The notes beneath the pieces were generated by a model. That model made no database searches. It saw only the letters and a program-made list of their open reading frames with translations, and had not been told where the DNA came from. The translations under genes were made by a program, and so were the position numbers. Of a stretch of 64,000 nucleotides of DNA, positions 9,358 to 19,057 are shown piece by piece; the first letter of the stretch is position 1, and each line of letters begins with the position of its first letter. Source of the DNA: Aulosira sp. ZfuVER01 (GTDB lineage Bacteria > Cyanobacteriota > Cyanobacteriia > Cyanobacteriales > Nostocaceae); the NCBI GenBank assembly GCA_034530615.2, contig JAVRCV020000031.1, positions 32,001 to 96,000 on the forward strand, in the 5' to 3' direction.

Positions 9358-11037
9358 TTATTTACCTGTAAACTCTTTGACTAAGAACATCGCTTGCGGC
9401 GGAATCTCAGTAACTAGACGAATGGGAAATGCCTGAGTAGAAGCAAACTGAGCATAATCTGGTGTGAGAAAAACTGCGTATTTCTCAGCTTCAGGAGTTA
9501 GCTGTGCAGCAAAGGATAAAGCTATAGCTTGCAGATATTTACGAATATCAGCAGCTTGCTCACCTACTACTTCACCACCCGATAATGGTGTATTTAGTCT
9601 TGTTTGCTGATCCATTGTGGTACTGGGGTCTTTGACACTGAGATGAGTAGCACCCAGTACGCCAACCAGCCATTTGGGGGATGGGATTTGATTAAAGCCA
9701 ACAATTTGTTCTGGTAAAGCGGGGACAGTTTTATCTGCGGAAGCAGCCCATACTAGAGTTGGTACTTGCAGCTTACTCAGACCAGTTTGACCAAATATTA
9801 AAGCCGCAGTAGGACTAAGAGCGATCGCTCTTTTTATTCTCTTATCTCCTACTTGATACCTATTGTTTGGTAATTCTTGGGCTACGCATTGCAGTGTTTC
9901 ACCGAAACTAAATGTAGCTACATTTTTTTTACAACGTTGTTTGAGATTTTCTAGTTGCATTTCGGCTCCAGCAATTGCTAAAGCTGTACCACCGCCAAAT
10001 GAATAGCCAATAACCATTGCGTTATTAGTTGCTATCTTTCCTTGCAATGGGTTTTTGGCTGTTTGGTTGAGTTTTTCGAGTTCATCAAGTACAAAGCTAA
10101 TATCTTTGGGACGCTCCAAAAACTCTTGAGCTTGTAAAATCTTGGTATTGTTTTTGAGTGCTAAGTTGGTACTTGTTTCATTACTACCAGGATGTTCTAG
10201 CGCCGCTACTATGTAGCCGTGGGATGCGAGATGTTCTGCTAGGTAGCGCATATCTGTACGCACCGAGCCAAAGCCGTGGCTAAAGACAATTACAGGTTTA
10301 TCAGTAGTTGCAGCGTTTGACCAATAAACATCAACAGGAATTTTGCGTTCGCGTTTTTTGTCATTCAATTGCAAGCCAAGAACCTGAAATTGATCGCTTC
10401 CCTGTTCGCTGGGATCAAAAGGAAAAGATATTTGGGATGTGGTGGGGTTGAATTGAGGAGCGATCGCCAGCATAAACTGTTGTGTCAGCCAAAAACCTGA
10501 GTTCAAACTCCCTGCAACTGCAAATGCTTGCGGTAAACTTATTTCCAGGCGTTTACTAGGATAGTTTTTGATAAACGACAGTATTGAAAGGCCTTGTGGT
10601 GCAACAGATCCAAGAACAAATCCGGCTCTCAGTGCTTGTGCGCCAGCTCGATCTTTTCTAACTACAGCAGTTGCCAAATCATTGAGAATTGTTGTTCCAA
10701 TCTGCGTATTTAGTAATCGGCTAATAGTGACAACATTTAGAGGTACTTTGGTTCTGAGCGCTCCTAAAACTAAGCGGCGCTGTTGTTCCGATAAACTATT
10801 GGTGTAAAATTCCAAATCTCTGGGAAATTCTCCAGTTTCGGCAGCAGTTTGCAGATCTGCAACAGAGATAGATTCTGTAAACGGCCCAAATCGTACAATA
10901 ACCGTATCTGCCGCTTTTGCAGAGGTATTTGTCCCCAAAATCTGTGCGATCGCAATCCCTCCAGCAAGGGTTTTGCCCAAAGCACGAACCCTTGCTGTAA
11001 TATTTTTTAGACTTCCCCTGGTAATTCCCATGAACAT
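9358..11037 (-). CDS. DUF1400 + alpha/beta hydrolase
   Basis: SHGFGS, GYSFGG nucleophile elbow, ATHLS; N-terminal DUF1400-like region; start uncertain (11037 or 11031). Confidence 0.85.
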   Translation of the reverse strand: MFMGITRGSLKNITARVRALGKTLAGGIAIAQILGTNTSAKAADTVIVRFGPFTESISVADLQTAAETGEFPRDLEFYTNSLSEQQRRLVLGALRTKVPLNVVTISRLLNTQIGTTILNDLATAVVRKDRAGAQALRAGFVLGSVAPQGLSILSFIKNYPSKRLEISLPQAFAVAGSLNSGFWLTQQFMLAIAPQFNPTTSQISFPFDPSEQGSDQFQVLGLQLNDKKRERKIPVDVYWSNAATTDKPVIVFSHGFGSVRTDMRYLAEHLASHGYIVAALEHPGSNETSTNLALKNNTKILQAQEFLERPKDISFVLDELEKLNQTAKNPLQGKIATNNAMVIGYSFGGGTALAIAGAEMQLENLKQRCKKNVATFSFGETLQCVAQELPNNRYQVGDKRIKRAIALSPTAALIFGQTGLSKLQVPTLVWAASADKTVPALPEQIVGFNQIPSPKWLVGVLGATHLSVKDPSTTMDQQTRLNTPLSGGEVVGEQAADIRKYLQAIALSFAAQLTPEAEKYAVFLTPDYAQFASTQAFPIRLVTEIPPQAMFLVKEFTGK

Positions 11038-11184
11038 CTTTTTTTCCCATGCTTAGGGGAATATAGCCGATCTTCGTGTATTTTACTACCCATGCTGTAA
11101 GAAATCTTAGCAGCTGAGGATTACTGAAGAAAGACAGTCTCCATGAAACAAGACAAATATACTCAAAACTTTTGCGTTTGTTGC

Positions 11185-11310
11185 AAACACTTCTATCAAA
11201 CTTATAAATGCGACGATCGTTTCGACAAATGCTTATACAAAATTTAGTTTCGTTCAAGCAAAACTTATAAATGCAACGATCGTTTGGATAAATGCTTAGG
11301 TAAAACGAAC
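11185..11310. repeat. Degenerate 21-bp tandem repeat, 6 units, with a 63-bp super-period
   Basis: AAACTTATAAATGC[G/A]ACGATCGTTT[C/G]GA[C/T]AAATGCTTA at 11198 and 11261; AAATGC recurs at 11206, 11227, 11269 and 11290. Confidence 0.7.
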
Positions 11311-11351
11311 AAGCAAGCGGACATTGTATCCCACACTAATTGAACTATTGT

Positions 11352-12479
11352 TTATAAATTGCCTCTGTTAGCCTGTTCGCGCTCGATAGCTTCAAATAAT
11401 GCCTGAAAATTGCCGTTACCTAACCCTTGCGAGCCTTTACGCTGAATAATTTCAATAAAAAATGTTGGTCTAGCCACTAATGGCTTAGTAAATATTTGCA
11501 GTAGGTATCCTGTTTCATCCCGATCGAGCAAAATTTTTAGTTCTCGCAGAGTATGAATATCTTCATCAATTTCACCAATCCGGTTTGGCAAATTTTCGTA
11601 ATAAACGTCAGGTGTATCTAAAAATTCAATACCATTACTCCGCAATTGTTTTACTGTCTGAACAATATCATTAGTTCTCAGAGCAATATGTTGTATTCCT
11701 GGCCCCTGATGAAAATCTAAATATTCTTGAATTTGTGATTTGCGGTATCCTGGGGCTGGTTCGTTAATAGGAAATCTAATCTGACCAGTATTGTTTTGCA
11801 AAACTTTGGACATTAAAGCTGAATATTTAGTTGAGATATCATCACTAGTAAATTGTTGGCTTTCCTGCAAATCTAATACTTGACGATAGAAGTTAGCCCA
11901 TAAATCCATTTTTCCTAATTCGACATTAATCACAATGTGGTCAATATCAGCTAGATTAGTTGGAATTGCTATTGGGATGTTTTCAATAGGATGATATTGC
12001 GGTGCAAAATTAGTATAGTTATGACGCTCAATAAATGAATGGATGAGGTCGCCGCTATAGCTGGCGATCGCAGCTTTGACAATATATCCATTTTCTCCTT
12101 TGCAGATAGTTGGTTCCTGTATGGATCTTGCTCCCCGTGCGATCGCAGTTTGGAAGCAAGCACACGCATCATCAACCAACAGAGCAATATTATATACTCC
12201 ATCGCCGTGTAACCTCACATATTCAGCCACCGCTCCGTCTGGCGTCAGGGGAGACGTAAACACAAAGCGAATATTTGATTGTTCTAGGACAAACGATTTG
12301 CGATCGCGCACCCCAGTTTCCAATCCAGCATAGGCGATCGTTCTAAAACCAAAAGATTTGCAATAAAAGTAAGCAGCCTGTTGAGCATTACCAACATAAA
12401 ATTCTACATAATCTATTTTATTTAATTTTATTGAAGATTCTTTTTGGAAGTTGCTTAATTTATTCTCTCTAATTTGCAT
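11352..12479 (-). CDS. hppD: 4-hydroxyphenylpyruvate dioxygenase
   Basis: IDHIV, GPGIQHIAL, LLQIFTKP, FIEIIQR and GNFQALFEAIEREQ motifs (2-His-1-Glu iron site). Confidence 0.9.
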   Translation of the reverse strand: MQIRENKLSNFQKESSIKLNKIDYVEFYVGNAQQAAYFYCKSFGFRTIAYAGLETGVRDRKSFVLEQSNIRFVFTSPLTPDGAVAEYVRLHGDGVYNIALLVDDACACFQTAIARGARSIQEPTICKGENGYIVKAAIASYSGDLIHSFIERHNYTNFAPQYHPIENIPIAIPTNLADIDHIVINVELGKMDLWANFYRQVLDLQESQQFTSDDISTKYSALMSKVLQNNTGQIRFPINEPAPGYRKSQIQEYLDFHQGPGIQHIALRTNDIVQTVKQLRSNGIEFLDTPDVYYENLPNRIGEIDEDIHTLRELKILLDRDETGYLLQIFTKPLVARPTFFIEIIQRKGSQGLGNGNFQALFEAIEREQANRGNL

Positions 12480-12609
12480 AGGTATTTCCCAAATTTTACT
12501 AATTACATAAATTAGTTCGTTTCTATAAGTCTCCTAAAATATAATTAAAAATATAAATATTTTTAAAAATTTTTAATAATACCTTTAACTTTCTCTGTAT
12601 GGTATTTAT

Positions 12610-12638
12610 ATCCTCAACTTCTCAAAGAAGTTGAGGAT
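12610..12638. repeat. Short palindromic dispersed repeat, copy 1
   Basis: ATCCTCAACTTCT-CAA-AGAAGTTGAGGAT, perfect 13-bp stem; related copy at 40499-40527. Confidence 0.75.
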
Positions 12639-13114
12639 CTGAATGAATAGAAATTTTTACTGTCATTTATTTTATAATTTAATGTTTGCTTTATAAAGTA
12701 TTTCTCAGACTGTAATTTTTGTACCATTTTTTGATTATTTTGAAAATAATCCTATAGGTAGTTTGCAATCAGCTTAATTTGCATATATTGGAATTTCGAG
12801 CATCTGGGAATTTTACTGTGCGAATTGATATTGAGCCAGTTCCAGCCCAAATCAGTGTTGATTGCCACAAAAATCAGATGAGCGATCGCTTATTTTAAGA
12901 ATGTAATACCAATTTGAAAAAAGAATGTGAAAGATGTGTATCTAACACTGTTGTGCCCTTACGAATAGTTTAGATATCGGCAACATTATTTGAATTGATA
13001 TAAATAAAATCTACAATTTTTTTGTGTAAAAGTTTGTCATCTTGAGATTGCAGCTTTAGTCACTACTCTTGCCTAGTCGATACCATCAATTAAATAAAAT
13101 TTCTTGTTGACTTT

Positions 13115-13582
13115 ATGCATCGTAAACTCATTTATGTGTTAGTTTTACTACTTTCACTCAGTCTTGTAACTCTGTTCTGGCCTGTCAATGATTCTCAGTG
13201 TAATTCAGAAGCTTTTCTCGCATCAAAAACTCAAAAATTTCAAGTACAGGCTACTAAAGTTGTTGTTCAACCTTGGCGTGGTGAACATCATGTATATGGT
13301 ATATTTATGGTTCCCAATAAATACAAAGAGACACCATTTTTTGTGTTAACTGTCAAAGGTTTTGGTAGTGAATGTTCTAAGCCATTCGGTTACAGTCAAT
13401 ACTATGACGATATCGCTGCCGCGCCTGGAACTCATTTGGTGAGAGACTACATAAGAACTCGTACTGCACTGCGACTAATTCTGCAAGGTTTGTACGGGCA
13501 ATTAAACGATAAACAGAACTGGACTCTGACCTATCCTCAACCTCAGGGTAATAATGCATTACCTGGTGCTGGTGCTAAGTGA
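13115..13582 (+). CDS. Hypothetical protein with N-terminal signal/TM segment
   Basis: 155-aa ORF with a hydrophobic N-terminus. Confidence 0.7.
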   Translation: MHRKLIYVLVLLLSLSLVTLFWPVNDSQCNSEAFLASKTQKFQVQATKVVVQPWRGEHHVYGIFMVPNKYKETPFFVLTVKGFGSECSKPFGYSQYYDDIAAAPGTHLVRDYIRTRTALRLILQGLYGQLNDKQNWTLTYPQPQGNNALPGAGAK

Positions 13583-13710
13583 GTATTTGAAGTGATAATT
13601 ACGACAATAACTGTATTAATCCGGCTTTGAGTAAAAATATCATCTTGAATCACTAAAACCGGACGGCGGTATCTAGGCTCTGAACCTGCTGGATCGGGTA
13701 AATTTACCCA
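13543..13710 (-). pseudogene. Truncated MazF/PemK family toxin fragment
   Basis: Translates WVNLPDPAGSEPRYRRPVLVIQDDIFTQSRINTVIVVIITSNTHLAPAPGNALLP*, the PemK-type 'GSEP..RRPVLVIQ...VIVV.ITS' pattern; normal N-terminus and C-terminal half absent. Confidence 0.8.
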
Positions 13711-13954
13711 GCGAAACAATCCTACTGTGCAGCGAACGGAATAAAAGCTGTTTTAATGTCACGATCTACTGCTGAACTCTGTTGTTATGCAGCACAGTTG
13801 TCTACAAAGCGTAGTTGGGACTTAAGTGGTGAAGCAATCAAGAATTTTGTTGATTACTTTCACAAATTTGTCCTATTGCAATTAACTGCAACAAGCTTCA
13901 ACTTTCTGGCTGCCAGAATTGTTACCATATATTGAGATTAGATATTGAAGCCCC

Positions 13955-16405
13955 TTGATCCAGTCTGAAACCTTAGAACTATTAGAATGGAATCGCCTCT
14001 GCCAGCATCTTTCCACCTTTGCGGCAACTAAGTTAGGGGCGATCGCATCGCGTCAGCTAAAAATTCCCGACTCTCAGGCGGAAAGTACGCAGTTGTTGGA
14101 GCAAACAAAAGAAGTTTACCAACTGGAAAGCCGTCTATCCGCAAGTCTATCCTTTGAGGGAATTCAAGATATTGGTGATTCTCTGGAACGGGCAGAACTC
14201 CAAGGAATTTTGGCAGGGGACGAATTGTTAGCGATCGCTACCACCCTGGCTGGCAGTAGGAATTTACGTCGTGTAATTGATAACCAAGAAGATTTACCCA
14301 TCCTGACAGAGTTAGTTGCTGATTTACGGACTTATCCCGAACTTGAACAAGAAATTCACCGTTGTATCGATGAACGGGGGCAGGTAACAGATCGCGCTAG
14401 CCAAAAGCTGGGAGAAATTCGTACAGAACTGCGGAGATTACGCAGCCAAATTACGCAAAAACTGCAAAATATTTTACAAGCAAAATCTAGCGCAGTCCAA
14501 GAACAACTGATTACCCAAAGAGGCGATCGCTTTGTTATCCCTGTAAAAGTGACACACAAAGACGTTATCCCCGGTATTGTCCACGATACCTCTACCAGTG
14601 GTGCTACTTTGTATGTAGAACCTAATAGCATCGTGCCTGTAGGGAATCAATTACGCCAAGCAATTAGAAGAGAGCAGACAGAAGAAGAAGTAATTCGTCG
14701 CACTTTAACAGAGCAAGTAGCGGCAGTTAAACCCGATCTCGAAAGATTATTAGCAATTGTTACTACTTTAGATTTGGCTACAGCCAGGGCACGTTACAGT
14801 TTTTGGCTGGGAGCCAATCCCCCCAGATTTATCAACTGGCAGGAGCAAGAGAGCATTACTCTGCGCCAACTGCGTCATCCGCTTTTAGTGTGGCAGCATC
14901 AACACGAACAAAGCCAACCAGTAGTTCCTGTTGATTTGCTGATTAATCCGGAAATTCGGGTAGTAACCATCACTGGGCCAAATACTGGAGGGAAAACTGT
15001 CACCTTAAAAACCCTAGGCTTGGCAGCATTGATGGCTAAAGTGGGTTTATTTGTCCCAGCTAGAGAACCAGTAGAAATACCTTGGTTTGACCAGATATTA
15101 GCAGATATTGGTGATGAACAATCTTTACAGCAAAGTTTATCAACATTTTCTGGTCACATTCGCCGCATTAGCCGGATTTTGAATGCCCTAGGCAAAGAAA
15201 CGGAGAAGGAGAGACAGGAAGACGCGGAGAATGAAAACTTCCCTGCGTCGCCGCGTCCCCACGTTCCCGCGCCTTCTTCCCTAGTATTACTCGATGAAGT
15301 CGGCGCAGGAACCGATCCAGTCGAGGGTAGTGCTTTAGCGATCGCGCTTTTACAACATCTAGCTAACCACGCCCGACTAACAGTAGCCACAACTCACTTT
15401 GGTGAACTCAAAGCGCTGAAATATGAAGATGAGCGATTTGAGAACGCTTCTGTAGAATTTGATGAAAGTACCTTATCACCGACTTATCGGTTGTTGTGGG
15501 GAATCCCTGGACGTTCTAACGCCTTGACTATTGCTCGTCGCTTGGGATTAAAACCAGAAGTTGTCGAACAGGCAAAAACCCATCTGGGAGGAGCAACAGA
15601 CGAAGTTAACCAGGTGATTGCTGGCTTAGAAGCGCAACGCCGCCGCCAAGAAACTAAAGCCGCCGAAGCGCAAAATTTGTTGCAGCAAGCAGAACGTTTA
15701 TATAAAGAAGTTTCCGCCAAAGCCGCAAATTTGGAAGAAAGGGAACGTACTTTAAAGGCTTCGCAAGAAGCAGCAGTACAACAAGCGATCGCTCAAGCTA
15801 AAGGTGAAATTGCCCAAGTGATCCGTCGCTTGCAGCAAGGTACGCCAACCGCCCAAGATGCTCAACAAGCAACTAACGCCCTCAATCAAATTGCACAGAA
15901 ATTCCAGCCAGCCACACCAGCAAAACCAAAAGCTGGATTTATGCCTAAAGTAGGCGATCGCGTCCGGATTTCTCAGTTTGGGCAAACAGCAGAAGTTTTA
16001 GTCGCCCCCGATGATGATGGTGAGTTGACTGTTCGCTTTGGCATTATGAAAATGACAGTCAAGCTGGAAGACGTGGAATCTTTAGATGGGCAAAAAGCCG
16101 AACCGATTGTTAAATCAAAACCAACACCAGCACCAGTTACCCCAGCAGCACCACCAGCCCTAGCAATTCGCACTTCCAAAAATACAGTCGATTTGCGCGG
16201 AAAACGAGTGGCTGATTCTGAATTGCTTTTAGATAAAGCAATTTCCGAGGCTCTAGGCCCGATATGGATCATTCACGGACACGGTACTGGCAAACTGCGG
16301 CAAGGTGTGCATAGCTATTTGCAGCAACATCCTAGAGTGAGTCACTACGAAGCCGCAGAACAAGTAGATGGTGGTAGTGGTGTGACCGTTGCTTATGTGA
16401 AATAG
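13955..16405 (+). CDS. mutS2: MutS2 family protein (endonuclease / ribosome-collision factor)
   Basis: Walker A GPNTGGKT, Walker B LVLLDE, coiled coil, C-terminal Smr domain (VDLRG...IIHGHGTG). Confidence 0.95.
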   Translation: MIQSETLELLEWNRLCQHLSTFAATKLGAIASRQLKIPDSQAESTQLLEQTKEVYQLESRLSASLSFEGIQDIGDSLERAELQGILAGDELLAIATTLAGSRNLRRVIDNQEDLPILTELVADLRTYPELEQEIHRCIDERGQVTDRASQKLGEIRTELRRLRSQITQKLQNILQAKSSAVQEQLITQRGDRFVIPVKVTHKDVIPGIVHDTSTSGATLYVEPNSIVPVGNQLRQAIRREQTEEEVIRRTLTEQVAAVKPDLERLLAIVTTLDLATARARYSFWLGANPPRFINWQEQESITLRQLRHPLLVWQHQHEQSQPVVPVDLLINPEIRVVTITGPNTGGKTVTLKTLGLAALMAKVGLFVPAREPVEIPWFDQILADIGDEQSLQQSLSTFSGHIRRISRILNALGKETEKERQEDAENENFPASPRPHVPAPSSLVLLDEVGAGTDPVEGSALAIALLQHLANHARLTVATTHFGELKALKYEDERFENASVEFDESTLSPTYRLLWGIPGRSNALTIARRLGLKPEVVEQAKTHLGGATDEVNQVIAGLEAQRRRQETKAAEAQNLLQQAERLYKEVSAKAANLEERERTLKASQEAAVQQAIAQAKGEIAQVIRRLQQGTPTAQDAQQATNALNQIAQKFQPATPAKPKAGFMPKVGDRVRISQFGQTAEVLVAPDDDGELTVRFGIMKMTVKLEDVESLDGQKAEPIVKSKPTPAPVTPAAPPALAIRTSKNTVDLRGKRVADSELLLDKAISEALGPIWIIHGHGTGKLRQGVHSYLQQHPRVSHYEAAEQVDGGSGVTVAYVK

Positions 16406-16411
16406 GTAAAA

Positions 16412-16440
16412 TGTAGTGCGGGTATTTCGCCCGCATTACA
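16412..16440. terminator. Hairpin between convergent mutS2 and ORF 16436-16969
   Basis: TGTAGTGCGGG-TATTTCG-CCCGCATTACA. Confidence 0.55.
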
Positions 16441-16969
16441 ACAAACAACTAGAATTAGAGATTGGATAAGCAAAGGCAAACGTAGATAAAAAAGCACTGC
16501 TGATAACCAGTAAAGAAAGCAGCCCAAAAATTAAGTATAAAGATAGCAGAAAATTTTTCGGTATGCGTTTAACATAACCCTCAATAACAGAAAAATACCC
16601 ACCTAAACCCCAGGAACCAAAACTTATTACAATCAGTAAACGAGCCAAGAAATTATATAAATCCATCAAAAGAAAACTTTTTTTCTTTTCACATTGATGT
16701 TGTTTTTTCTCCCCAATATCTAAACTCAGAAAAAACCAATCTTTTGATTGATAGTATGAGATTTCTGTATTGGTATTAACTGATTTAACTGATGAAAAAT
16801 TCAAATTCTTGACATAGTTTAAATCATTAAAATTAGCTAGAATATGCTGACTTTGAGAAGAGGGAAACGAATAAATGTTTGCTTCTTTTGCAACAACCGA
16901 TAGATTGACATTAGCCAAGCTGATAGCAATGCTGGCAGATGCTAATACAAGTGTTTGTTTGAATGTCAC
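16436..16969 (-). CDS. Hypothetical membrane protein, AT-rich
   Basis: Signal-like N-terminus and two C-terminal TM segments; GTG start. Confidence 0.55.
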   Translation of the reverse strand: MTFKQTLVLASASIAISLANVNLSVVAKEANIYSFPSSQSQHILANFNDLNYVKNLNFSSVKSVNTNTEISYYQSKDWFFLSLDIGEKKQHQCEKKKSFLLMDLYNFLARLLIVISFGSWGLGGYFSVIEGYVKRIPKNFLLSLYLIFGLLSLLVISSAFLSTFAFAYPISNSSCLL

Positions 16970-17002
16970 AGAAGTTATTTTTATGTAATTAAAACTTTTG
17001 AT

Positions 17003-17608
17003 TTAGTGCAAGCCTATAGCGATAATAAAATTTGCTATCTGTCCTAAGGCAGAACCTATACCTGGAATTAAAAACAATAGAAAAAGAGCTAATGAAGCAA
17101 ATTGACTCTTTTCCAATGCTTTTAATCCTGGAAAAATTTCACTAAAAACATAAAAGCCATCAAGTGGCGGAATTGGGAAAAGATTAAATAAAAATAAGAC
17201 TAAATTTATCCGAGCTGCCATATAAATGAATTCTATACTGGCAATTTCTCTAAATGGAGAATTTAAAAAAAATTTGCATAAAGAGATACATAAAATTGCC
17301 AACCCCAAATTACACAAAGGCCCAGCAGCAGATACCAAAATGTTACTTAGCTTTGCCCAGCGAAACTTATAAGGATTGACAGGCATTTTTCCCCAGGCGA
17401 TACCTGCAATACAAAGAAAAATTATCGATTCCCAACCCATATGTACCACAGGATTAAATGTGAGATGACCAGTTCGCTCTGGTGTATCATCACCTTGACT
17501 CATAGCTGCCCAGCCGTGAGCCAGTTCATGTAAAGTGATGGAAATAATCACAATTACAACAACTCTAAAAAAATGTATCGGATTGGTAAATAGTGTATTG
17601 ATGAACAT
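17003..17608 (-). CDS. Site-2 protease (M50 family)
   Basis: HELAH zinc motif, AGPLCN, NLFPIPPLDG. Confidence 0.92.
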   Translation of the reverse strand: MFINTLFTNPIHFFRVVVIVIISITLHELAHGWAAMSQGDDTPERTGHLTFNPVVHMGWESIIFLCIAGIAWGKMPVNPYKFRWAKLSNILVSAAGPLCNLGLAILCISLCKFFLNSPFREIASIEFIYMAARINLVLFLFNLFPIPPLDGFYVFSEIFPGLKALEKSQFASLALFLLFLIPGIGSALGQIANFIIAIGLH

Positions 17609-18282
17609 ATTACGACTAATTTTTAAGACACATTAAAAAGTGGTTGATTTTGCTGAAGAGAAAGCATAAAAAATCAGTATCAGAGTAAAACTCCGATACT
17701 TAGCATTGCTAACAACACTATGATTTTTGGTGAATGCTCTATTACTGAGAAAATTTTATACGAACTATATTGAATTTCTGAGAGTAAAAAAACTGAAACA
17801 AAAAGTAGCAGAAACAGTAAATATATAAGTAATTATCCTTTATTAAGACAGTGGTAAAAATACGATAATACTGAGATATTAAGTAAATAAATACACGTAT
17901 CGTCTCTCTTATTTCTCTTCTGCTACGAGACAAGAGTTGGTTCTTCAGGCGTTGATAGCTATAAAATGAACTGTGAATTGCTAATTATTAATTACCCAGC
18001 TATTATTAGCGATCGCTGATTTGGCTATTTGATAAGGTTTATTTATAGCTATGAACTAAATAAGCAGTTAGGGCTATATAGTTCTGATGTTGAAGTAATT
18101 ATATTTCTACTTTGTAGAAAATAAATTTTCCTTTAGAGTAAGACAGAGATACATGCTGATTACCAAAGTGATAAAAGCTAGCTGAAGCTTCTGACTAATA
18201 TAGCTATAGGAAACTAACCTGAATGCTTGAGAGTCTGTTTCAAAATGGGTAACAGCAACCGTCCCTATTAGCCCGATCACCT

Positions 18283-18888
18283 ATGCTAAAAGTTATGCAC
18301 TCGGCCACCAATTCAGCCACTCCAAATTCCCAGTGGGAGGATTTAATCAAGCTCCCAGCCCCAAACTCAGTTCAATGGGACAATATCAAAACCCAGTTAG
18401 ACTTAGTACTGTTGGCGCTTGAAACTTTAACTGGCATTGGTTCTGAGGCTATGCTCTCGGCAGCAATCGATCTGAATTTGGAGTCAAGAGTGCCAGACCG
18501 CGTAGCTTTATGGCGATTGCGCCAGTCAAATCCGCTACGCAAAGGTCAAGGAGGGCGAAAAAAACTTGATGTAGAAGAAGCGCGATCGCTGGTTCTCATC
18601 ACCTGCTACCTTGCCAAACAGCACCAAGAATTAATTCGTCGTGCTGTCGGTCTATTAGAACAAATGGCGGAAAATAACCAGGAACCTCATCAGACCGCTT
18701 TACTTGGAGATTATATTGATGCTTTCTGCAACACATACCAAGAGCGAATGGAAGAGGACGAGGAAATCTCAACAGATTTACTCACCCAACTGGCACTCAA
18801 ACTGCTGGTAGATTTACTATTTTACAGCGCCCCTGGTGGGCACCGTCGTTTGTGGTTAGCACTTATAGACCGTTCCACAAAATTTTAG
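18283..18888 (+). CDS. DUF3038 family protein
   Basis: LDLVLLALE, LWRLRQSNPLR, RRLWLAL motifs; adjacent to DUF4335. Confidence 0.82.
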   Translation: MLKVMHSATNSATPNSQWEDLIKLPAPNSVQWDNIKTQLDLVLLALETLTGIGSEAMLSAAIDLNLESRVPDRVALWRLRQSNPLRKGQGGRKKLDVEEARSLVLITCYLAKQHQELIRRAVGLLEQMAENNQEPHQTALLGDYIDAFCNTYQERMEEDEEISTDLLTQLALKLLVDLLFYSAPGGHRRLWLALIDRSTKF

Positions 18889-18893
18889 ATTTT

Positions 18894-18991
18894 GCGGAGA
18901 GTTGAGCCAGTGTGGTAGATAGGTTTCCCAAGCACTCATTTGGGTAGCTTTGCCAACTTAAAGCTACTGGCGTTAAAACTTTCCAAGACGG
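18894..18991 (+). repeat. Nested small dispersed repeat inserted in an STRR tract
   Basis: Outer GCGGAGAGTTGAGC...AACTTTCCAAGACGG and inner GCCAGTG...CTGGCGT, flanked by TTTTAGA heptamers. Confidence 0.7.
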
Positions 18992-19057
18992 ATTTTAGAT
19001 TGCTCCTCCAAAATCCCAAATCCAAAATCACCAATCATCTCCTTCGCAGTTTCTGCC

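Noticed and set aside
11142..11247. 34-aa Cys-rich + strand mini-ORF (MKQDKYTQNFCVCC...)
   Set aside because: Runs through the repeat tract; no clear SD and no modifying enzyme genes nearby.
10796..11257. 153-aa Cys-rich ORF
   Set aside because: Overlaps the hydrolase gene in another frame and starts in the 21-bp repeat; no recognisable motif.
12906..13001. Possible MITE with ATACCAATTTGAA-type ends
   Set aside because: Inverted ends have 3 mismatches in 13 within AT-rich DNA and there is no clear target duplication.
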